Shown: positions 12,001 to 21,534 of the stretch, one piece after another | How positions within the stretch are numbered: position 1 is the first letter of the stretch | Layout of the letters: every line of letters begins with the position of its first letter | Assembly: GCA_004431415.1 (NCBI GenBank) | Contig: QPMI01000229.1 | Coordinates: forward strand, 1 to 49,152 | DNA: 49,152 bases | Reading direction: 5' to 3' | From: Cyanophora paradoxa CCMP329 | Lineage: Eukaryota > Plantae > Glaucophyta | Notes under the pieces: generated by a model | Told to the model about the DNA's origin: nothing | What the model saw: the letters and a program-made list of their open reading frames with translations, nothing else | Database searches by the model: none | Program-made: the position numbers and the translations under genes

Positions 12001-12460
12001 ACAGGTCTGGGCGGCTTTCCCCGGACAGCTGCACTACTGCGATCGCGAAAGCGGTGGCGGCTGCGGCGACCGCGTTGAGAGCGGGGCCGTCCCGGGGGTC
12101 CTGCAGCGCGGCGGCGTGCGCCGCGGCCGCTGCGGTGAAGGCTCGGAAGGTATCGTCGACCAACGCCTCGTCGCTGCGCACGATGCGCACACGGTACACG
12201 TGCTTTTCCTTGCCAAGCTCGGCGGGCGCCGGGGCCGCCGTGGGCCCCGACCCGTGGCCGCCGGTCGGCGCGGGAAGCAGTGCAGTCGCGGACGGGCCGG
12301 CGGCGCCGCTTCGGGCAGCCTGCTCGAGCATGGCGCGCGCGATCGTGAAGGCGTTGGGGTCAGCCCAGGGCGCCGGCGTCGCGGGCGGCACGGGCGGGGC
12401 TGCAGCGGCGGCGGCGTGTTCTGCAAGCGCGCGGCGGACCGCGGCCTCGAGCGTCTGCGC
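3051..12460 (-). CDS. Unrecognised ~3,100-codon coding region between Gag and protease (frameshifted pieces)
   Basis: Chain of abutting or overlapping minus-strand ORF pieces with protein-like composition (11822-12391, 11536-11895, 10367-11578, 9174-9959, 7295-9142, 6947-7282, 6249-6971, 6178-6459, 5059-6156, 4597-4830, 3286-4137). No introns are visible. Confidence 0.65.
11659..11895. repeat. Internal direct repeat: two ~93-bp copies with a 144-bp period
   Basis: 11659-11751 versus 11803-11895; each encodes VDAALEE(I/V)ALLLAAAPDPTEVEGADA(A/E)AKGP on the minus strand. Confidence 0.95.
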
Positions 12461-14045
12461 CTGGGCCGGGCAGGACGCGGCCAGGTGGCCGGTTTTGCCG
12501 CAGTTGTAGCACGCCCGGGGCCCTGCAGCTTGCTGGGGCGGGGGCTCGAGCGGCCGTTCCCACCCTGCGGCGCGGGGTAGAACCGGCGCTTCGGGTCACC
12601 GGTGCCTGCGCCCGTTGGCCCGCGGCGCTTGGCCGGGTTGATTGCCGACCACTCGGGCAGAGGCCGCGGGTTGGTCCGGCACTCAAACGAGTAGTGCGAC
12701 TCGCCGCAGTGGCACGGCCGCCGGGGCTTCTCGGGAGACCCCGGGCCTTCAGGAAGTCTTTGATCTTCTGCTGATAGACCGGGTCGTCAAGGCGGGGCGG
12801 CGGTGCGGACGCCGACGGGTAGAGCGCGCGGACTACGACGAGGGGCTCGTCCCGAGCAATGAGCTGCAGGAACGAGATGACCTCGGCGTTCTGATCCTCG
12901 GCGTCGTCCGCGTCCCACCCGTACGCGTTTGCCTCAAGCTCTGCGATCTCGGCTTCCGACACCGTCGTCGCGAGCATGATGCGCGTGCCCGCGCCGGCGC
13001 CCGCGTTCGAGCGCGAGGGGACGACGGGGACAGCTGGCGTGTGCGTGATCGGCGGCGCGCTCTGCGGCGTGCGCGAGGCAGCCGTGGGCGCCTGCAGCGG
13101 CGTCCCGCGCGAGCCCAGCACTAGGGCCGAGCCGGGGACTTTGGAGATATCGACGTCCCAGGCGCCCAGTTCATTGGTGCGCTTGGTTACCAGGTCGATG
13201 ACCGCAGAGGGTCCCGTGATCTCGCGGTCCGCGATCTTCTGCGACAGCTCGTCATAGATCTTCCGAGCCGTGGAGAAGTTCGTCATCATGTGCCGGCGAT
13301 CGGTGTCCGAAATCTCGGAGTCTTCGAAGTCGCGGCACTGATTGCGAGTGCGGCGCTTGAGCATCTGGCCCGCGTGGCGCATGAGTGCCATAAGCGGTGT
13401 CTCGTGCGCCTCGCGGCACTCCGGGATGATGCTCAAGTCGAGGACGCGGCGATAGAACGCCTCCGGCGCCTCGCCCACGTGCGGCAGGTCGAGGAGCGCC
13501 TTGTACCGGTCAGGGTTCCGCATCTCGGCGTCATCTTCGAGACGGCGCCTGATCGCGGTGTACGTGACCGTGAGGGCGGTCCGCTGCAAGCCCTCCTCGG
13601 CTTGCGCGATCTTCTCGTCGAGCGTCTCGAGGATCGCGACGTCTCGCGGGTCCGCCGTGCTCGTGCGCGCACGCTCGGCCCGGTACGCCTTCAGCTTCTC
13701 GAGCTCGCGAGTGTCGATCTGCTCGGCGCTCTGGAACAGCGAGATGTTCTGGCGCACGGGGTGCCCGTGATCTAGCGTGCCGAGAAGAGCCCACCCAGTT
13801 CGCTTCTGCACTTCAATGTGTGCAGTCGGCGAGACACTGAGCAAGTCCTTGCTCATGCTCGCGCAGCTCTCGAACTGGCGGAGGTGGTCCTGAACCGTGC
13901 GCTGATCGCTGCCCGGCGGCAGCTTCGGCAGGCTCTGGATCCATTGCAAAACATTTGATCCGCTCATAGAGTCCATGTCGGCGGCGCCACGCGCGTGCGC
14001 GGCCCGGACGACGAACTCCGCGGAGGCTCCGGTCCCCGAGGACAT
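12461..14045 (-). CDS. gag: Gag (capsid-like region plus nucleocapsid zinc knuckles)
   Basis: ATG at 14045; N-terminal LPKLPPGSDQRTVQDHLRQFE is capsid-like; canonical knuckle CYNCGKTGHLAASC at 12470-12511; variant knuckle CHCGESHYSFEC at 12679-12714. The knuckles are reached via frameshifts. Confidence 0.85.
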
Positions 14046-14408
14046 TCTCAGGTCAAGCGGCGACGTAATGCCACGCTTTTCCGTGAGAGAATGTGCCTCG
14101 CTCGAGATCCGAGGCCGTCGTGGTCCACAGCAGCGGCGAGCAAGCTCACTAGCTCGGCTGCGGCGATTCCGGAGACAGCTCGGGCGCGCACGCCTCAGCC
14201 GTCGATCCGATCGCTCTTCGTCTTGTCCAGCACGATCGCAACAGCCGGAGAAGGCTGGCGTCGCGGCGAGTGACTAGCGACCGATCAGGAATGATCCCAC
14301 GGGCTCGCACGCAGCTCGCTCAGGAAACGGCGACGATCCGATCGGGACGGGGATCCCTCGGTATTCGCGCGCGTTCCTGGATCCGCAGGACTAAGTTCTG
14401 GTTCTTTC

Positions 14409-14426
14409 CAGAATGTTCGGTCGCCA
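14409..14426 (-). promoter_or_regulatory. Candidate primer-binding site (TGGCGACC..., tRNA-Arg-like)
   Basis: The minus strand reads ...CCGCA-gt-TGGCGACCGAACATTCTG, i.e. CA, a 2-nt spacer, then TGG. A full tRNA match was not verifiable. Confidence 0.45.
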
Positions 14427-14428
14427 AC

Positions 14429-14846
14429 TGCGGATCAGCCCGGAGCGGCGCAGGCGGGGCGCGAGAAGCGACCCACGACCTCTGCTGAGGTCTACCTGCG
14501 CGCCGGCTGAGCCGCGGTCGCCGAGCTGGGTCGGTTGCTGATGACGGGTCGCTGATGATCGGGGTTCTGGCTCCGTGAGCAGATGGCGCCTGTCGGATGA
14601 GAGGATTCCCACCCGGTGCAGCGTCCGTGCGGTCACGCACGGGCTGGGGCTGTAGCTGGGAGCACAAGTGGTCTATTCACAAGTGTACCCGTCCAGGGAT
14701 CGCGTACCCCCAAACGGAGTCGCGCCCGGCGCTAAGTCAGAATACAGAGAGTGCTAGAGCTAGCTGCTCGATAGCACTAGACTAGGGCTAGCGGCTACGC
14801 ATAGACTGCCGGCTAGCCTAATCCGAGGGAATCGCGGCACGCGACA
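14429..14846 (-). repeat. Candidate 5' LTR
   Basis: Begins TG (14846) and ends CA (14429) on the minus strand, next to the PBS candidate. An alternative inner end at 14591 gives a perfect TGTCG...CGACA terminal repeat. The second LTR is not in the window. Confidence 0.5.
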
Positions 14847-14907
14847 CATATGCATGTAATCAGCAACAGGCATTCATCGTCATTACATTCGCACGCGTTG
14901 TGCAAAC

Positions 14908-17900
14908 CCTTTGTGGTCAGAAGGGTCTCCTCGCTCTTGTTTGATGCGCCTGCGGCAAGCACGCACAGTTATCACGTTTGAACACGTTTGCTATGCGTAT
15001 GGGCGTATGGGCGCAGGACTGAAAACCGATCGCGATCACGAACCATACTTATTATGGCACTGCAGGAGAAATGGGTACGTCGTCGATGGGTCCAGTCCAC
15101 GCGCCCTCAGGCGAAGTGGGGTCTGGCTGGATCCGGACGGGACGATAGCTAACGTGTCCGCAACTTCTTCTCCGCTAATGATCGATCTGATGACGAGCAG
15201 GTCGCACTGCATCGCGAGCGCGCACCGCGAACGATTAAATTCGGCGAGATATTCATGATTACTCAGTGACTAGCTTCGCTGATCATGAGGTTCGCACGCT
15301 TGTAATGGGAGCGACAGGGCTGCCTGGCAGCGTGAAAGTGACGGAAACCGAGCGAGGAGAGGCCTTGATGAGGACTGGCGCCGCAGGTGTGGCGATGCCT
15401 GTCGCTCCGCGATCACTTGCAAGTAGAGTCATAATAATGCAAGTTCATATAGAAACTTGTAACTTAGAAGTTGCAATGGGTGGACTCATGATCAATTGCA
15501 ACGCTCACCGGGGTCGATAAGAGGGAAGATCATGGCGTTCTTGATCAACAGAGTGTCTTTCGTTGCAGGGTCAGTCAGTCCGAGCGCTGAAAATCGATTC
15601 ATGATCAGATTCGAATCACGGAAATGCGCGGATGCGGGGACTTGATTAAGACTGGGACTAGTACTGTCGAACCATGGTCGGGGTTCTGCGCCGAAAACAC
15701 GCGCGCGCTGGTCACTCGACCGCAATCGATTATCATTTGCGCATTCTGAATGCACCGAGAAGACGTTCAGCGCGGCCTGACGCAAAGCGCGCGAGTGGAG
15801 CCGAGCGGCTGTTGATGCAGGTCGCAGGTGCTCGGGCAGATGCGGCATCGAATCGACCCGATTGAACCAGCATTTTCCATTCTCATCCTGCGCATGCGCG
15901 AATGCTTTTGATTACAGTCGAGAAAATTTGAAAGAGATCTCGTGCGCACACAGCCTTCCTGCGTTCTGTTTGCAGACTCATTAATTAATATTATCGGCGA
16001 GAGGAACGAATGAGTGGGGCGCGCACGGCCTCTGGTAGTATGTCGTCGCGACCTGGCCGGTCTGCAGCAGCTGCCGCCGGCCAGTGCCAGTCGTCGCTAC
16101 GACGGGGCAGATCTCGACGAAGTTGCCCTCGGCTCCCTGACGCGTGTCGGAGTATTGCTGCGTTACATTCAAAAATCAGTATGCAGTACTTGTAGAATAA
16201 GGTGCGCAATATTCCGGGATCCTTCTAGAGAGCCCGCCATAGATCCAATATTCAGGCCCGGCCCGCATGCGCACCGGGCATCCGGCCGTAGCGATGTCCT
16301 GAAGTGCGCTACGGGAGAGATTGCCGATAGCGCTGCCGCGGCTCGAAGATGAAGTGACACCGTGGCTGAGGCGATCGGCAAGCAGCCGCCGCCGCGGGGG
16401 AGACCCGAACGGTAGGAGCTCCGGCCCGTTCAGAACGAACTCGGTGCCAGCCGGGGCCAGCTCGACGTCGCTAAGCAGCGCGCGGCCAGCCGGCGCCGCG
16501 CGCTCGCGATCGTACGCGTGTACGATCCGGATCGGGGTTCCGTCGATCTCGTACTCCACGTCAACATCCACCATCGGCGCGCCCCGCTCAGAAAGTTTCC
16601 GACGGCGGGCAGCAGATATAACAGCGACGTCTGCAATTGCGCGTGTCAGATCGGTTGCACGCTCTCGAATCTAAGAATAACTGCCCAAGCAGCTGAAAGC
16701 GATTGCAGTCGTGAAGATGGCTAGTGTATATGTGTAATATCTAAATGCGCACGATTGCTCGAAGAGACAGTCGTGGATGTGGAAGTAGCTCCCGCCACAG
16801 GGGGCGCGGGCGGCGGATAGATGGGCGCCACTGCTTGTATTCCGCCGTCTGGTGCCACGGTGTAGTCGGCAAGTCATTAGCGACCGAAGTAAAGAAAAGC
16901 CGACTCGAACTCAGGCGAACCCCGACTGGATTGGAATTTCGAAATATCGGCGGATGAGATTTGAACAGCTGATTATATGTATCATATGCATGCGCGATCG
17001 CATCAAACGAGTCGGTGGAGAACCAAGAGGGGAGCAGAGCGGCGGGCTGACCCTTGTTTGCGGTCTTTACTGTGATCGGAGCGGATTTCAAGCTTTCGCC
17101 GTCGGCCGTTGAGCAGGATGCAATAACGCCTGCGCACACTTCGTTACCATATGCATTCCTAAGTTAATTATATATACAATATTATGAATACTAAGGGCAC
17201 GCTCATATGCATGATCACGATCCGTTACAGGGGACATGTACAGCGCACTGTAATCAGTGTTCTTCATGAGTTCGACAGTCTTGAGAGAGGTTGAGACCTT
17301 GATTGTCGGGAGTTCCCCAAAGCGTAGGGTAAAGTAGATCTTGGGATCCACCAATGTTTGACCGGCGATCAAGTTCGTGACGGAGCCGCCTGCGACATAC
17401 CCTGCAGGTTTCGAGAACGCTGACACGGCTGCGCGCACGCGGAGGCCCGGGTGTGGTCAACGCTTGCGCAGGCGGGCTGCGGCGCGCGCAGGCGGCCGCA
17501 CTGGCGGGCTTCCCGCTGATGTAGAGCGTGCAGAACTTGACTGCGATCGTTCAAATTCCCAGTCAGCGAGTCGATCGAGAAGGCAGAGGCCGGGCGAACT
17601 TCGGACATCATCAATGGATCCAGACATCTAGCTATAGATCTAAAGCTAGCCATAGCTCGAGCGGCCGTGGACCAAGGCCTAGGGCCACAGTAGAGGGCGC
17701 ACATACACTGGTGACGAGGTTATTTTGAACACTCGAGGGCATTGAGCCCACGTCAGAACGTCCGAGCTTCATTGAGACTGCGATGACCTGTAGACAGCAA
17801 CGAATTAAATTGAGCTACAATTTCCGCGAGGATATTGAAGCGCTAACGCTTGCCTGGTTTTCTTGATCTGCCGCGGCGGCTGCCAGTTCGCTCGGCGCCT

Positions 17901-20900
17901 CGATGATACCGGTTTTGAATGCCAGACCTCTAAAATAGTGACCTGGAAAATCGCTTTCGCCGCCGGCATTCTTGCAAGACGCAAACCACCTCCCGCTTGG
18001 GTAGGACGTGTTGGGCTGAAGATTCGTGATGGGGGAGAAGTAACTCGGCATCCAACCGGAGCTCTTCATGATGCAGCCTTGCACCGTGCCGATGACCTTC
18101 GTGTCTGCATCGGTGCAGGGCTTGATGGTAAAGAGCGCCTTGCGTGTATCGAAAGTGCCGCCCTCGTACAGCGTGCAAGTGTCGATGACAGTGCCGGGGG
18201 GGAACGTTACCGAGACCCTCGCCGTGGTAGCGGTTGCAGAAGCGCCCACGCTAACGGTGGCTGGCGCCAAAACGCTCGGTACAGTGAGCGAAACGGGCGG
18301 GCTGGCAGCGGCTGCCGCGCCATACTGCGGTGCGACAAAGAAGCTCAAGTTTGAGATTGCGGGGCAATGGCAGCGCTCGATTGCGACGCGAGCATACCTT
18401 GTTCCGACACTTCGTAACGAATATGTGCGTGGCGCCCGGCTTGAAGCCGCCTCGGAGATTGTTTTCATTTAGGGCGACCTCCAATGCTCGGCTTGGGGGG
18501 GGAGCGTTGGCAAAAAAGGCCCCAGAGAACATACCGAGTCGGACCTGCCGCGATATCGATCGCGCGCGAGCGTGTTCATGATCAGAAATAGATCATGGTC
18601 CTTGTTAACTATGTAATGTTAAAGGCTCTTGGAAAACAAGCATGAGACGTACGAGTGAGACTCCGGTTTCGGAAACAATGTCGAGATCACATCCAAATGC
18701 ACCATCGAGCAGGTCGCGTTGGTGGCTCCCAGAATTCAGGTCGGACGGATACACAAGCAAGTAAACGGTGAAAAGGGAGGGGTTGGGCGACTTTCCGACA
18801 CGGACGAACTTCGGCGAGGGCGGCGTGAGAGGAACGCCCTCCGCTGCGGTTTAATCAGCGCGCGTGCATTTGTAAATGTTTTTCTTAAATGCATATATTG
18901 GTTGAGCAATTAATCATATAATTTATTTATGAGGTCCAGAACGCCTTCGACATGTGCGCACTGTAGAGAGTTGCGGCGGACGAGGCGGGGCTCGCTCCAT
19001 TGTTGTTGTAGCACTTGGTGACAAACGAAACGGCCGTGTTCTCCGCCCCAACCTCGACGGTGAAGGACGCGGATCCGTCCAGGCCGAAGAAGCTCGGCGT
19101 GTTCGTCTCGTTGAAGGTCGCGAGGACGGGAAGCCCGCTCACGTTTTTCATGAGCTCGCACTTAGTGAGGTTCAGAACGTCCGGAGCCGTGCGCCTAGTG
19201 AAATGAACCACGACGACCTGCACCGCGGCGCAAGGCTTAAACTGAAATCTTGAGCGGCTGAAGGCTGAAGCCTTGAAGGCTGACGGCTTACCACTGCCTC
19301 TTTAGCACGGGTGCCGAGCAGTGTAGACAAGCCGGATGGTGTAAGGAGCTCGGTCGGCGCAGGCGGAGCGACGGGCGGCAATGCACTCTGCGGGGCGTTC
19401 AATCTGTAATGCACAGTGACTCAATTGGAAGTGACTTGCGTTCGGAATAGGCGTCGGGCTTGGGGAGGGGGTTGGGCTCGCAGTCGGGGTGGGGCGGGGG
19501 GTAGGCGTCGCCTGCGCGCAATTGAAATCAGCGGAAGGAGCAGTAATTACAGAATATATTGTAGGCTGCAATTATAGTCAGATCATAACCTCTTCGAACG
19601 GAGGCTGCAATTATAGTTTAACCAAGATTGAAATAGTAAAAGTCTAGCAAATTCAATGGAATGATTTGCATGATTCAATATCGCGTTCACCGGGCCAGGA
19701 GTGGGCGTCGGCTGCGTGCGCGGAATCAGCGACGGCAGATTCGGAAGCCGGCCTGTGCGGATTCGAACCTTGACGGCGCGTTCGGCGGTGCCGTGCAACT
19801 CGTTCCCGCTGTAGTCCTGTCGCGTCCCTATCTTAAAAAGGGGCGACTCGTATGGAATGATCAAAGTACCGTGATGGTCTTCGTCTGCCGCGTCATCGGA
19901 AATGAAAGTCAGCACGTCGCGCCTTAATGTACATACATGCATATGTTGCGCACCGTTCCGTCATCATCAAATTTATAGTAAAGCTGAACAAAAGGGGAGA
20001 ATCAAAACTCAGCATGCGCAGAAAATTCGGGAGGATTTGCTTACATAGACGACCCCGTCCGCGCCAGTGCCCTTGAAGAGGGATTCAGCTTGGGACGCAG
20101 TCAGAGCGGTCTTCCAGAGGCGGAAGCCGGACATGCGCATCTTGTCGAGGAACGCTCCCTAATTCGGTGCTACGATCAGTCCCAGAGAAACCGAAAACAA
20201 CCGCCTACTCAACATCTGCGATGCGCACATTTCTACTAGCTATCGAACCCTGCCGCACGTGCAAGCGCGGTCAGCCGAAGCGCTCTGGTTCAGCAAAGCT
20301 TCCAGCAACGCACGAGGTAGTTCTCTGTCCGTGGAATCGCCTCGAAGAAATCGGTGCTCGGTTTGATAGGTGCATAGGGCATAGCTGTCGGGACTCCGTC
20401 TATATACGTCTGGATTGTCTTGTCCGTGTTGAAGACAATGACTGCGCACGATAACGTTCGTATCAATCGATATTACGACTGCCCGGCCCATCAATGGACG
20501 CCGGCTGCAGCGCAGGCTCACCAATGTGGTACCTGGAGTACGCATATGGGGGCAAGTGTGCGGCGAGCAGCCGAAATTAAAGATTAGTTTTGGAAAGTGA
20601 ACGGCAGAGATTTTTTTTACGCAGAGATCCAAAAGAATTACTCAATTCAAGCGTACAAAGTGCCGGTCTGCCACGATTTCGGATAACGCAGTCAATATTA
20701 ATGTAACATATCATATATATAATCATGAATACATCGCGAGTGCGCACGGTGAAGAAAGGGAGAGTGGGCACGGCGAAAAAGTCGATAAACTTGTACGCAT
20801 TGCCGTTTGCAACGATGTTACTAGTGTAAGCGCCGTCGTATATGGTTTCCATTCGCATCCAGTATCTGCCTATGCCGTGTACGAAGTTGATTCTTACGTA

Positions 20901-21534
20901 ATCTTGAATAAACCCAGAGGTGTCCTGGTTGCCCACATCTGAATCCCGCGGTATGGAAGGCAGTGGTCAGTTACATTATACAGTCGATCGCGAGATCGGG
21001 GGGGGGGGGGGGGGGGGGGGGGGAGGGGAGGGGAGGGGGCGAAGCCAGGTACCCATGAAGGGCAAGCTGATCGTCGAAATTGCGTCGAATTTGAATCTCG
21101 CCTCTATAGAAACTGCGTACGTGTACAAGTCGAATCATGGATCGAGGCTGCGAAAGCTCAAATAAAGAGAACAAATATAAGCCGCGCACGAGGCACGCTC
21201 CACGTCATAGTTGGCATTTTGAGATACTTCGTGTCGTACGTGCTTGCTTCGGATCCGAATTTAATCTCTGCGCATGCGATTTGTTCGGGAATCGATGAGA
21301 ATTTCTCGCATCCCGAAAAACATCCTTAAATACCGTTGGTGTTCGGGAAGCTTTGTTGACTCGGTAGCACTGCGCATGCCGGCCGCGATCGGTCGATGCG
21401 CGGTGCGATCGGTCTAAGGGCACAAGATGCAGGATTCCCGGAATACGGGGAATCGAATGCGAACACGCACACGCATCCACAGTGACGATCATCATCACCG
21501 CGAGAACTGCGACCACCTGGGCGCAACTGCGCAT
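14908..21534 (-). CDS. Multi-exon secreted/cell-surface protein: signal peptide, LamG/ConA-like domain, Pro-Thr linker and FN3-like repeats; 3' end not in the window
   Basis: ATG at 21534, MRSCAQVVAVLAVMMIVTVDA. LamG-like pieces: SIEARFKFD, IVFNTDKTIQTYIDG...RTENYLGS, MSGFRLWKTALTASQAESLF. Linker TPTPRPTPTASPTPSPSPTP. FN3-like pieces: TNLQPNTSY..WFASCKNAGGES and PAAPVLIKASPRSVSVTFTLP..GLDPSTTYPFLLQCHNKYGASNKS. Short GT-AG introns; the last visible exon (14908-14949) ends at a donor, not a stop. Confidence 0.75.
20998..21039. repeat. Poly-G tract (intronic; poly-C on the transcribed strand)
   Basis: Long G run directly visible. Confidence 0.9.

Larger units (their letters stand above)
1..14846 (-). 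mobile_element. Giant Ty3/Gypsy (Metaviridae) LTR retrotransposon, 5' portion; integrase and 3' LTR outside the window
   Basis: Minus-strand order is Gag (CCHC knuckle) ... aspartic protease (VVDTGA, ILLGLD), RT (YIDD), RNase H (QTDAS, TELECLAVVWA, TDHHAL). PR-RT-RH with no integrase in between is the Gypsy order. The region is intronless and GC-rich, with an abrupt composition change near 14850. The right boundary is inferred from TGTCG on the minus strand at 14846. Confidence 0.85.

Noticed and set aside
3051-12460. Env-like gene, or integrase placed before RT (Gmr1/Copia order)
   Set aside because: No signal peptide plus transmembrane anchor, and no HHCC or DDE integrase motifs were recognised in the insert.
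2398-13775. Many long plus-strand ORFs over the retroelement (e.g. 4531-5811, 5851-6903, 8504-9652, 11412-12509)
   Set aside because: Arg/Ala/Gly-rich antisense shadows expected at very high GC; the recognisable motifs are all on the minus strand.
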